Positions 51,417 to 64,000 of a stretch of 64,000 nt of DNA are shown here, piece by piece. This DNA is from Octopus sinensis (lineage: Eukaryota): contig NC_043016.1 of the NCBI RefSeq assembly GCF_006345805.1, positions 18,290,001 to 18,354,000 of the forward strand, read 5' to 3'. The position numbers and the translations under genes are program-made. The notes beneath the pieces were generated by a model. It was not told the origin of the DNA. It saw only the letters and a list, made by a program, of their open reading frames with translations, and did not search any database. How positions within the stretch are numbered: the first letter of the stretch is position 1; each line of letters opens with the position of its first letter.

Positions 51417-52439
51417 TGTATATATATATAATTAGAAAATGGAGAAAAACTAGTACTTCGATAGGACTACATTTAAAGCTTGTTTATTAATGCAAAGCAA
51501 TTTCTTTCACTAAGTAAGATTTAAATGTAGTCCTATCGAAGTACTGGTTAATCTGAGTTTTTGTCCATTTTCTAAGTATTTGCATTGGTTTCTGATAAAA
51601 TTTTGTTTATCCTATCCTCTCATCGACGTATATGGTGTCCATGCATACCATTGCTCAGGGACAACATATGTAACGGATACTGATAGTACATACGGATATT
51701 TTATCCCTTAGTCGGTTACTATAACCGCTAGCTCTCTCTCTCTCTCTATAATATATATATATATATATCACATACTCACACACACATATATATATACATT
51801 GTGTGTATATATACGTATGACTGTATGTTTATATGTATGTATATGAACCGATGCTTGCATATACATATACATACACACACGCACACACAGATACCCGCAT
51901 GCACACACACATACACTCTCACACACGCACGCACATACACACACACATGTATCATGTGGATGATATTTTTAACCGATACCGCAGCCGATTCTTCGATATA
52001 TTTACTAAACTGCTGACATTTCTATATAGTTTCTCTCATCTGTTGAGGCGCCATTTTATATCATTAATAAAATTTTCGCATCTTCGATGCCTTTATACAC
52101 ACACACACCTGAATATTTTGTGAACACAGCCAGGTAAAACACTATGGCTTTTTTTTATTCGTAACAATCAACCTCTAGTGAAAGCATTGTAACCTTTAAC
52201 CCATATAAATTATGTGGATCCTTCAGATGCTTACCATAACATTCTTCGGTGTGACTTCTTTTCGATTGAACCATGTTACAAATCTGGACATAATATAATT
52301 TTTTTAAATCGTGAGCAGTTTAAAATTGCACCTTCATGATTTATATACCACAGAGAAATCCTTGTCTTGATGGTTTATCTCTCAATCATTATATAGATTT
52401 CAGTTGGCTTCTTTGTTGTAGCCATTGAGTAAAAAATAT

Positions 52440-53110
52440 GATTTTCTCTACATTTACCATGTATTGTTTGTTTGATGCACCAGCGACAATGTTTAGGTGC
52501 TATTTGTGAAACAAGGTATATTTTTAAAAGAATAGTGCGCATCTCGCAGCTATACTGGATACAGTGCAACATCTTCAATAATAATGATTCGTTGACTGAA
52601 ACATTTCTTCCATTCAATTTTCACTATGGCACCTGTCTAAGTCTTCGGAGATTCTCTTACATAAAACTTTTTTTCATTTCTTCTTTCACTTGATTCACTT
52701 CTAATATGATCAAGTATTGACACCCAGTATCATGAATCCTTTTCATTTCTTCTGATGGTAATTCTGTACCTTGGAGTCTGTTAACTTTCCCTCTTGGCAG
52801 CAATATTGTTCCATATATTCTAAAAACCATATTACGTTTGATTTTCTTGTTAAAGCAATAAATTGTGCTTCGCAATAGGACTGGCTTTAGCTTCGTCCTT
52901 ACCATACGATTTTCGGTAAGAGAGGGTTGATCTTTATTTGTTTCCCTTTAAACTCATATCCAGCTGTTAGGAATCATGTGCAAAACAAATAGTAAACGAG
53001 ATACACTGACCCCTTGGGAAATCCCTTAGTTTATTCGTAGTGTCTCTAGGTTTTGGTCAAATGATGTGAAATCAACCTTTCAGCTCTTTATGATTGTATA
53101 TGCTCAGAGG
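52440..53110 (-). pseudogene. R4/Dong-like RT remnant
   Basis: RGK...GTELP.EE....GCQYL.ILE resembles RT domain 7 (GYKYLGILE). Confidence 0.55.
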
Positions 53111-53194
53111 AAAAGTGTTCGGAGTGGTATATGAAGATTTCTATAGGGCTCTTTCTGGTTCAAAGTCGAAACAGAAACACAAAGACACCGAAAA

Positions 53195-53640
53195 CTAAGA
53201 AAAAGGTGAATGGAATACATTAAAGATGTACAAGCAGTCTGCGATAGAATGGAGTAGGAACACAATGACGAAAAGTGGCTCTAGCAAAGGAAGCGTGTCT
53301 TGAAGACGGAAAGCAATTATATGTTCTGTCAAAGAGCAATCATTCAGAACAAATTATACCCACATACAGGACTAAGAGTATGGCTGAAACTGAAAAGTGT
53401 AGTTTGCGTGGTGATAAATATGTGACTGTATAGCATATTGTGAATGAGTGTAAGAAGCTGGTCCCAAAGAAATCTAAAAGAAGATTCGATAATGTCGCAA
53501 GAATGATTGATCGGGTGATATGTGGCAAGTAGGGATTGGATAGAGCAAAGACGCAGTAAGGGCAAACCCCAGAATGAGTAAACGAGAGTATATTGGAAGA
53601 TATAATGATCCTATATATTCATGAAATTGAACAACAAAAA
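53195..53640 (+). pseudogene. R4/Dong-like C-terminal zinc-finger remnant
   Basis: EQS.RTNY...KC.L.G...TV.HIVNECKKL...R.DNVAR...ICGK pattern. Confidence 0.6.
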
Positions 53641-54046
53641 CCTGAGATGGTGCTTGGGTATAAAGACGAAAGAAAGTAATTTAATCATAGATAATGCATG
53701 TCTTGTTGTTGATGCAGTATCGAAAATAGAAGTTAAGCACATCAGTTATGACTGTTACAGATGAGAAATAAAAAAAATAACCTGTGGTCATTAACGAAAG
53801 TAAGTGTTTTAATCTGATGTTGCTGGAGTCTTGGGTACTGATAAGTATCAAGCTTACAAACTGGATTGAAAAGAAAAAGAAAGGTAAAATATGAAGATAG
53901 AGCGTCTACAGAAAAAAAAGTGTTGCTGCACGAATCCTCCGGTGAGTTCATAAAAATCCGGATGGAAAGTGTTACGTTAGTTCTCTGGTCGTGGACTACT
54001 TACTGATGCCTTGTGAAATACTCCACAAAAGTTGCTAGGTTAAACA

Positions 54047-54125
54047 ATGATGATGATGATGATAATGATGATGATGATGACGGTGGTGGTGGTGGTGGTT
54101 GTGGTGGTGGTGATGATGATGATGG

Positions 54126-54181
<56 letters not shown>

Positions 54182-54335
54182 GTGGTGGTAGTGGTGGTAG
54201 TGGTGGTGGTGGTGCTGGTAGTGGTGGTGGTGGTGCTGGTGGTGCTGGTGGTGCTGGTGGTGGTGGTGGTGGTGGTGGTTGTGGTGGCGGCGGCGGTGGT
54301 GGTGGTGGTGGTGGTGGTGCTGGTAATGACGACGA
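54047..54335. repeat. Compound (GAT)n/(GGT)n trinucleotide array
   Basis: Direct inspection; source of poly-D/G/M/V/P ORFs. Confidence 0.95.
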
Positions 54336-55035
54336 CGAGATCAAAAATAACAATAACTACACGAAGAATATTGATATTTCAAAATGTAAAAAAAAAAAAA
54401 ATCTCATAAAATATGGATGAATATTTTTGAAAGAAGATTTGAGGTGATGAAAAATACTTCAAAGAAAATCTTTCTTGAAACTTCAAAGTATAAAAACAGA
54501 GGAAAAAAAAATGTCTAAAAATATTAACGGACATATCCGCGTCTGCATGATCCAAATAATTATAAAGAACACGCTAGAGAAATTGAAGTTAGTGACACTA
54601 AACATTGTGAACGACTCAAGACCGTTTATTTTATTGAAAAATAGTTGGATTCCTAGTAGCATTGATCTTATTGAGATTCAATAAGGTGCTGATTAAGAAA
54701 GCTTATATTAAAGATATTCTAATGATACCCACCTTGTTAGTATTTCTTTGGCAAATTGCACTTCAGATAAATTTTATCCAATGCGTACTTATTTTATATA
54801 TTTTCAAATCATTTGTACCTTCTCGCGCCTATCTCAAATTATTGTGCTTCTGGTTCTTGCTTTTTCACGTTTGTATTTTAGCTTCGTTTAATTTTGTTCA
54901 AGCTCGGGTTGTAGAATATATTAGACTTCAGTAACTAGATGTTCGTTTTGAAATATTGTTCCACTTCTCCAAAGCAATGACAGTGTCCCACATTCGACGG
55001 GGACTAATACTTGTGAGCAAATTTTCTTCATTCAG

Positions 55036-55101
55036 CACATTCAGTTTGACCATGTTATCCTGGGGCATGAGGTCTCTCTTTCGATTCCGCTGCGTAGCAT
55101 C
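55036..55101 (+). CDS. Candidate 66-nt internal exon (HIQFDHVILGHEVSLSIPLRSI in phase 0)
   Basis: Acceptor aaattttcttcattcag, donor ATC|gtgagtatg, length divisible by 3, two frames open. Confidence 0.35.
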
Positions 55102-55289
55102 GTGAGTATGTGCCATTTATTTAAACCTCGACTTGACTAATATTTTGTATGCGAGTCTAGTTAGACTAACTGTGTGGAAGCCTGCCAGATAAATTGCACC
55201 TGTAATTTGCTAAGGTACAGCCTTGTCACGAGATGCTGTCATTCTGATTCTACCTGAGATTTATGTTAAGGGTATAAATGTTTATTTAA

Positions 55290-55735
55290 ATGCTCAGGCC
55301 CTCAAATTCAGCTATAACTGTTGAGTGTTCACTGCACGCACGCACACAATCCAAGTGATGCAACATTTCCTTCTATTCCTGGGAAAACAAAGCATCAGAA
55401 CACAGGACCTGGTTCTCCAGTCCTGCTTCTCCACAGTTCAAATATTTGAGCAAAATCGACTCCAACTCCGAGACCAATTTCGTGCTAACATGACGGCACG
55501 CTGGCAAAACGCCGCTCCTCTAAATGGAAACCTTGCCTGTCATTGTGCCGCTCAATAAAACGCATAGCGAATGATCCACGAGCACCCAAGCAAACTGAGT
55601 CCTCAACTTGTTTCATTTGCCAAAAAGTTTGCAAGGCACCAGCAGACTTCAGGAGACATATTCGTGTCCATAGAACATGATTAACGCTTTATTTTACAGA
55701 ACCCTCATTTGTCGTTCACGACAAGAGAAACCATC
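55290..55735 (+). pseudogene. RTE LINE 3' end with terminal C2H2-like finger, followed by (CAT)n tail
   Basis: SWENKAS...FEQNR...CFICQKVCKAPADFRRHIRVH* then (cat)n to ~55920. Confidence 0.6.
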
Positions 55736-56466
55736 AGCATCATCGTCGTCGTCGTTGCCTTCAACCTCATCATCATCCTCATCATCACCGTCATCATCAT
55801 CATCATCATCACCTTCATCATCATCATCCACCACCACTACCATCATCATCATCATCATAATCTATGTATATATGTATACATCATCATTATCATCATCATC
55901 ATCATCATCTTCATCATATATGTATATATGTATGTATGCATGTATGTATGCGCGTATTAATTTACGCTGCACAAACTTCATTAATATATGTGTAATACAC
56001 ACACACACACACACACATATGTAATAAAAGATGAATAGGCAGTTCCATACACGCTACAACTGATTTACATTCACTTGCCATCGTGTATCTGATGACATGG
56101 CAGCTGATTACGCGATGTAACGCACGAATTATGAATACATTAGCATACTACTGAAACATATATAACAGGTATTCTACTACCATTTATCACTCATCGCCAT
56201 TTATTATATTTCCTTACCACATAATATACGTAATTAATGTTACTTCTAGGATTGGAGCAATGGGATAACTGATACCATCAATTAATCGTTCTTAATTCTG
56301 TGATGTTATGATAAAATTGGAATATTATTTATTGATTAATTAATTCATTATTAATGTTACTATAATGTAAACTAGCAGCCAATTACATGTCGGAAGTCAC
56401 CGAGCTAATAACTGCGATCGACATGACGCAAACTAATTAGAATATATATATATATATATATACATA

Positions 56467-56678
56467 TTCTTTTATTCTTTTGTTTGTTTCAGTCATATGA
56501 TTGCGGTCATGCTGGAGCACCGCACGACTTACTCCCTGTAAGCCTAGTACTTATTCGATTGGGTGTCTTTGCCGAACCGCTAAGTTACGGGGAGGTAAAC
56601 ACACCAACATCGATGTCAAGCGATGGTGAGGGGGGACAAACACAGACACACAAACACATATACCCAGCGTTATTCTCA

Positions 56679-56723
<45 letters not shown>

Positions 56724-57020
56724 TATATATATATATATTTTTTATATATATATATATATATAGGGCGGTGCCCCAGCATGGCCTCAGCCGGATGGCTGAA
56801 ACAAGTAAAAGAGTAAAAGAGTAAGAGTATATATATATATATATATATATATACTACATAATTCTTTCAGTTTCCGTCTACCAAATCCACTCACAAGGTT
56901 TTGGTCGGGTTTAGGCTATAATAGAAGACGCATACCCAAGTTTCCTCGCAGTGGGACTGAACCTGGAACAACGTACCCGAGAAGCAAGTTACTTACCACG
57001 CAGCCTCTCCCGCTCCTATA
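56467..57020 (-). mobile_element. SINE family A segments with (AT)n expansions and an extra short tail fragment
   Basis: Tail segment 56467-56660, + tail fragment ~56762-56825, head segment 56860-57020. Confidence 0.7.
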
Positions 57021-57118
57021 TATATATATATATATATATATCTTGATAGAAAGATATAGATAGATAGATAGATAAAAAGATAGATAGACAGATATGTACC
57101 TACATACACACACATATA

Positions 57119-57151
<33 letters not shown>

Positions 57152-57911
57152 TCGTTTGTGTATGTGTGTGTGTGTAGCTGCATACACAATATCTCGTGTG
57201 CGTTAGTGATAATCTAAGTGGATATAAATCTCATCTGGTTGTAAATATAACAAAGAAACTGTGGTGAGTATAGGGGTGGCACGAACTTTAACTCTTCACG
57301 GAATCTAAGGTTCGAAATTCTTTGTAACTTTGAATTCCCTAATGTGTTTTCAGAAGATAATTTTCTTCATTGTTATTCGCACATCTGTTGGAAGTAGATA
57401 CAAAATGTCTTTTGAGAATTTTACTTTAAGACAATAAGCAATGCAGATATGTTTATTGAGAATAGTTAATCAGCGCTTCATGTAAATCAAAGAAAGGCCA
57501 AAACCAACCTCCGTCACCTTACATCGCTACTAGTATTTCATGCCGTATACTCCGCACTTTCATTTAAAGTATACAGTCGGTAATAATTCTCATTAGAACT
57601 GAACAGACATGTTCTAGTACTGGCCAAGAAAGAGGAAATATTTTCGTGTTGTGTTGTTTCTTGTGGCATGCAAAGAGTATGCAATTTTACACTATCAGAA
57701 TCGGAATCTGATAGGAAATACTCTTTTTTAAAACTTTTTCTTTTATGGTTTCTTAAGGTAAAAAAAATTAATTTATCCTTACTCTCCGAACTGAAATTGT
57801 CCGCAGAATGCTCAAGCAACATTTAGTTTGGAATGATCTGCTCAATAAAAAGTAGAGCCATTTTAAAATGTGAAGTAGTCCAAAAATTGTGTGTGATTTC
57901 AATAAATAAAA

Positions 57912-58197
<286 letters not shown>

Positions 58198-58384
58198 TTG
58201 TCTATCTGCTGCCTGTCTGTCTATCTATCTATATCTGTTTATGTGCGTGTATGGATGAATACAAGTATGTATGTGTGTCATTATTCGGTTTTATTTCAAG
58301 ATTTCTTGCCAATAGGGAAAGAGCCAGCTTCTAACCTAGATCCAAGACCACTCCATTGGAATTTCAACGTCAGCAACAAGGTAT

Positions 58385-58769
58385 TTTACGTTTGCATGTA
58401 TGCATCTATGTACGTATGTATATATGTATGTATGTATGTATGATGTATGTATGTATGTATGTATGTATGTATGTATGTATGTATGTATGTATATATGTAC
58501 GCATGCATGCATGCATGCATGCATGTATGTATGTATGTATGTAATTATGTATGTATGTATATATGCATGTATGTATGTATTTATGTATGTATGTATGTAT
58601 GTATGTATGTATGTATGTATGTATGTATGTACGAATGTATGTATGTATGTATGTATGCATGTATGTACGAATGTATGTATGCATGCATGTATGTATGCAT
58701 GTATGTATGTATGTATGTATGCATGCATGTATATATGTATGCATGCATGTATGTATGTATGCATGTATG

Positions 58770-58800
<31 letters not shown>

Positions 58801-58890
58801 ACATGCATGTATGTATGTATGTATGTATGTATGTACGTATGTAAGTATACATGCATGCCTGCATGTATGCATGTATGTATTTATGTATGT
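58385..58890. repeat. (ATGT)n/(ATGC)n microsatellite
   Basis: Direct inspection. Confidence 0.95.
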
Positions 58891-59213
58891 ATCTTTTAGT
58901 AGTTATCAGCAACAATCAGAAAACAGTTTCTTCGCTGAAATTATAAACAAATCCATTGGAGAGAGATGGATGGGATGCATGGATGACCGCTGGTCTTCTA
59001 TGAACAACCTTGCCTGGACTTGTGCCTCGGAGAGGAACTTTCTATCTAGGTACAATCCCTTGGACATTCATGACCGAAGGAAATCTTTAAGCTTTACGCA
59101 ATCCTATACAATGGTGAAGTTCCACATGTTTATCCGGCTATAGCAAATACTTACAGTCCGATGCATGTATTAGCCAATAACGGTGTAAATGCTTATAAGG
59201 TGACAACGGTATA

Positions 59214-59603
59214 TCTTTATATATAAAAGAAAGGTTGTGTGTCCGTCTCCTACGATTTAGATTCCTAACTACTCCCACATTTTGCGGTGCAGTTTAACCA
59301 AAACCGGGTATCTTATAGTCGTGATTCATATCGAGCCCTTCTGGGTATTAGCGCGCGTCTACGATGAGTCTACGATTTTAAAAATCATTTACCATCATTT
59401 TTTTCCATTTTAATGCATATTTTTTTAAAGGGAAGTAACTCTCTAAAAATGTCTACGATGAGTCAACTATTTAAAACAAATTTAGCATAATTTTTTTTTC
59501 CATTTTTAATGCATTTTTTGCTATTTTTTGGCTATAACTCTCTAAAAATGCTTATATAGTTATTTCCCTTACAAACCCGAGCAACGCCGGGCGATACTGC
59601 TAG
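59214..59603 (+). mobile_element. Non-autonomous Helitron
   Basis: A|TC start, cccgagcaacgccggg hairpin, CTAG|T end. Confidence 0.9.
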
Positions 59604-59664
59604 TGCACACTATAAGGATAACGGACGAAATGCAACTAACATACATAACGGTATATGCGCGTTA

Positions 59665-59890
59665 AGACGGCGGCGAGCTGCCAGAAACGTTAGCGCGCCG
59701 GGCGAAATGCTTAGCGGTATTTCGTCTGCCGCTACGTTCTGAGTTCAAATTCCGCCGAGGTCGACTTTGACTTTGATCCTTTCGGTGTCGATTAAATAAG
59801 TACCAGTTACGCACTGGGGTCGTTATAATCCGTATGTCTGTCCTTGTTTGTCTCCTCTGTGTTTTGCCCCTTGTGGGTAGTACAGAAATA
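59665..59890 (+). mobile_element. SINE family B, full length
   Basis: Head, core, tail; imperfect TSD ggtatatgc(g/t)cg. Confidence 0.85.
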
Positions 59891-60104
59891 GGTATATGCT
59901 CGCTATAAGGTGACTACCCAGATAATGTAAAATATAGACATCCGTACATGCATACATACATAAATACATACGTACGTACGTACATACATACATACATACA
60001 TACATACACACACACATACATACATACATACACAATCATATAGTCATACATACAGTCATACATACATACATACATACATACACATACATACATAAAGAGA
60101 CATA

Positions 60105-61809
60105 CACTACCGTCAGAAATTAATTAGCACCCTTGATTTGCTCTTCACTCAAGGTATTTGCTGTCACCTAGTGGCCATATCTCGAACTATTGCTTTGTTG
60201 CGAGTTCACTGTTGCTCAGAACGATGACGTAACTTTGTTTGCAGAGCGGTTTGAGAGTCTACAGCCTAATGATGTTGACATAGCAGTGCAACAACACTTG
60301 GAGTGCGGATGCAGACAAATCTTCCTTTGTTTAATAGATATAGGTAGCACCTCGCAAGGACCGAAATCACACCGTACTAAGTTTTCTCATCGCGTAAGAC
60401 GTTTGAACACTCGTAGGTTAATTGATTTGTGTATTTGCAAGATTTTTTTTCCTCACAAATTCTCCTACACTCTGCTTGGTGACGTCACTTCCGGTTCACA
60501 AAACTTTCTGTTATACATCAAATAAGGTGAGAAATTCTGCTTTCTTTCTTTTTTGTTTAATGAATAATAACTCATAGCAGTTTTGTTATAGCATAACATT
60601 ATTCAAATGAATAGTTTTAATGAAAATAACTGGTTTTTATCGTTCATTCCTAGATGGGCCCAAGACCTCGCATGACCTTGGAGAGACGGTACGAGGCTCT
60701 CTCGTGGCGTGGGAAACTGTCGGAGGCTGCAATTGCCAGAAAACTTGGTGTAGCCAGGCGCACAATTCAGTGCTTGTTTGAGAAATACGAGAAACCGGAT
60801 CAGCAGCTGACAAAAAGGGTAGGGGATGGAAGAGGCTGACGACCCAGCGGGAGGACCGGATGCTGATCCGAAAGTCACTGTACAACCGAAGGGCAACGAG
60901 CCGGCAACTGGCGGAGGAGATGCAAAAGATGACAGGGAAGCAGTTGTCTACAACCACCGTCAAGACCAGATTACTGGAAGCTGGTCTAAAATCCTGTAGA
61001 GCCGCTCGTAAGCCGCTCCTTACAGACCAAAACCGGAAGAGGCGGCTGCTCTGGGCCCGTGCCCAGAAGACATGGACCGTGCAGCAGTGGCGGACAGTGA
61101 TGTTCACTGACGAGTTGCGATTCAGTCTCGTCAGTGACAAGCCTGTTCATGTGCGACGCCGCAGGGGTGAGCGCTTCAACAAAGACCGCATTGCTCCCAC
61201 CATGAAGCATGGTGGGGGTGGTCTGATGGTGTGAGGGGCGTTCAGCTACAGTGGTGTTGGGCGGCTCTATGCCGTCGAAGGCAACATCAACGCAGCAAAG
61301 TACGTTGAGATAGTACGGGATACCTCTTTGGTGGCGAGGAGTACGTGCTCCAGCAGGACAACGCGCCTCCCACACAGCCAAGCTCACAACCGGTTTCTTC
61401 AAGGACTATGGGGTGACGGTCATGGACTGGCCTGGCCAGTCACCTGACCTGAACCCTATTGAGAACCTCTGGAGTCGATTGGGTAGGGATTTGAATGTGC
61501 AGCAATACAGGAACCGACATGAGCTGTTTGGGGCACTTCTTGCTGCATGGAGGGCCATCCCTGCACAGTACCTGCAGGCATTCATAGACAGCATGCCGAC
61601 CCGCGCAGCAGCTGTCATTGCTGCCAAGGAGGAGCAACAAAATATTGACTAAATTTCACGATTAATAACAATTATGTGGTGTGCTGGGATATGTCTTAAT
61701 AAATTTTTGATTAAAAATGAGTTCGTTTCTGATAATAAGTTAATTAAATTAAGAAAATGTAAGAAAATGTAGAAATTTGAGAAGTGCTAATTAATTTCCG
61801 ACGCAAGTG
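60105..61809 (+). mobile_element. Full-length Tc1 transposon (1705 bp)
   Basis: TA TSDs; 26-bp TIRs cactaccgtcagaaattaattagcac / gtgctaattaatttccgacgcaagtg (23/26). Confidence 0.92.
60654..61652 (+). pseudogene. DD34E Tc1 transposase, disrupted
   Basis: HTH (AIARKLGVARRTIQ), ARKPLLT, FTDE, KHGGG, QQDNA, WPGQSPDLNPIENLW; 34 residues between second D and E after repairing one frameshift; frameshifts near 60840, 61330, 61370 and TGA at 61232-61234. Confidence 0.9.
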
Positions 61810-61976
61810 TACATGCGTATGTATGCATGCATATATGTATGTCTCTATGTGTGCATGCATGTATGTGTGTGCGTGTATGTATGTATATATGTATATATGT
61901 GTGTATATATGTATGCATTATTTATGTATTTATGTACGTGTGTATGTGTATATGTATGTATGGATGCAAGTGTATG

Positions 61977-62013
<37 letters not shown>

Positions 62014-62240
62014 ACTTGTATGTATATATATAAATATATGTATTGTGTATGTATGTATACATGTTTGCGTGTATGTGTATATAATGTTTACCGCAAACGT
62101 TGAAGTAAAGGGAATTTAAATTTGTCTCTAGTTTCCATGTTTGTTCATTTTTTACCGTTACCTCGCGTAACGAAACATTTCTGTTTTTATTCATATATAA
62201 CCTCAGACAATATACAGGCTCTCTTTCACACACATACACA

Positions 62241-62285
<45 letters not shown>

Positions 62286-62414
62286 ACATACATACACGCA
62301 TGCACTTATAACCGCACACAGACATATACGCTATTACACATACTCACTTATTTACACATTCATACGACAGATGTATACACACATATATATATATATAGAG
62401 AGAGAGACAGAGAG

Positions 62415-62419
62415 AGATG

Positions 62420-62488
<69 letters not shown>

Positions 62489-62506
62489 ATCGATAGATAG
62501 ATAGAG

Positions 62507-62543
<37 letters not shown>

Positions 62544-62608
62544 TATAGACAGATAGATAGACAGATAGATAGATAGATAAATCGATAGATAGACATATAT
62601 ATATATAT

Positions 62609-62639
<31 letters not shown>

Positions 62640-62640
62640 T

Positions 62641-62685
<45 letters not shown>

Positions 62686-62705
62686 AAGATAGATATATAG
62701 ATAGA
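62415..62705. repeat. (GATA)n microsatellite
   Basis: Direct inspection. Confidence 0.95.
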
Positions 62706-62852
62706 TAACCCACAGATGTATATATACATAGCTCTATGTCAGTGATCGTATACATAATCCGCAAGTACACACACACATGATGTTTGTGTGATTATAATGT
62801 ATATGCACATACACACACACTTATATATATATATATATTATATAATATATAT

Positions 62853-62886
<34 letters not shown>

Positions 62887-63159
62887 GATATTTGCATGTG
62901 CGTATATATGTATGTATATATATGGTCCATATGAAACACAACCTTAACTTAAAAGCTCATTGATTCTTGTATTTTATGCCACAATTACATGTATGTATAT
63001 TTTTTCTCCGACTGTTCCCCCCATTCCACTTTATTTTTCTACGCACCTGCGAGAGTAAAAAAACAACAAAAACCACACACACACACCATATCCCAACATT
63101 CATATACAGTTATGTAATCAAACTTGTTCACTTCGTGTATGTATCTGTTTCACATGTAT

Positions 63160-63435
63160 GTATTTACTATACACGTATGTGTATATATATATATATATTA
63201 TATATACACGTATGTGTGTATATATATTTATAATTATATATATATGCATACGTACATATATACACATATATATATAAGTATATATATGTATATATGTGAG
63301 CATACTTGTGTGTCAACAATATATACATGCATATATATATACATACATTAACATGTATATATATATATATATATTATATATATATATATATACATGTATA
63401 TATATATATATATATGTTATACATACATATATATA

Positions 63436-63482
<47 letters not shown>

Positions 63483-63485
63483 ACC
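63160..63485. repeat. (AT)n-rich microsatellite field
   Basis: Direct inspection. Confidence 0.95.
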
Positions 63486-64000
63486 CACATATATGTAAGT
63501 ATGAACATGTGTGCGTATTTGTATGAATTAATACCGTGTGTATATTTATATGAATTATATCCATAGATATGCGTATACTCATGTATACACAGGCACGCAG
63601 AACTGAACTATAGAAGTACTCAGATTTTTATAAAGTTTTCGCTATTTGTTGTTACTCGAAATAGATGAAAATCTAGATTTTTTTCTTTTTTTTACATTTC
63701 CACTTTTGAACTTTTGTGCCTAACAAATTATTTGAGAGGAGAAAACCTTATGAAGAAATAAAACGCAACAAAAATAGTTTTGAAAGAAATCAGAAAAAAA
63801 ATAAATAAATAAAGCAAAACAGAAAACTAATATATTTCGCAGAATACACTTGCGAACCAATTTGGCATATTGAGAATCGTATTTAAAATGACTTGAAAAT
63901 GGATTTTTGGAGATTTTAAACTTAAAAACATTTAAACTTATATGCGATGTAAATGGTTTTACTGATAATTTTAAACTTTTTTCAACATGGGTTCAACTGT

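Noticed and set aside
54000-54420. Poly-D/G, poly-P and poly-M/V ORFs
   Set aside because: Trinucleotide repeat array with no splice or codon evidence
55605-55680. C2H2 zinc finger CFICQKVCKAPADFRRHIRVH as a host ZNF gene
   Set aside because: Single finger at the end of decayed RTE-type motifs and followed by a (CAT)n tail; better explained as a LINE C-terminus
57538-57822. 94-aa minus-strand ORF (MLLEHSADNF...)
   Set aside because: No recognisable domain; internal splice-site combinations give stops; cannot be distinguished from chance
58400-59143. Longest ORF in the track (247 aa, MYVC repeats) and similar YI/CV/TH/poly-I ORFs
   Set aside because: Translations of microsatellites that lack stop codons by composition
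61104-61137. 11-bp hairpin over the first catalytic Asp codon of the Tc1 ORF, containing CTGACGA
   Set aside because: No GAAA or hammerhead stems; a single short hairpin in GC-rich sequence may be chance

Overview
Repeat-dense, AT-rich animal genomic DNA, most likely a coleoid cephalopod (Octopus); this is inferred from the SINE repertoire and the extreme (AT)n/(GT)n/(GATA)n/(ATGT)n microsatellite load, not from a marker gene. Nearly all ORFs in the supplied track are microsatellite or antisense artefacts. The window holds tRNA-headed SINEs of several families, piggyBac/hAT/pogo/mariner MITEs, non-autonomous Helitrons and a Helentron-type element, a full-length disrupted DD34E Tc1 transposon (60105-61809), and remnants of Tx1/L1, RTE, R4/HERO-type, CR1-like and Penelope-like retroelements, plus a 100-N gap. 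A few splice-bounded exon candidates are present, the best encoding a PDZ-like segment (23885-24028, +). The main hidden signal is three unrelated type I hammerhead ribozyme families in Penelope-type repeats. One family is fused to a tRNA-derived Pol III promoter, and one of its copies is a single TSD-bounded inverted composite. A Tx1 family is also inserted twice into (GATA)n arrays. Family names come from recalled motifs and need a database check.
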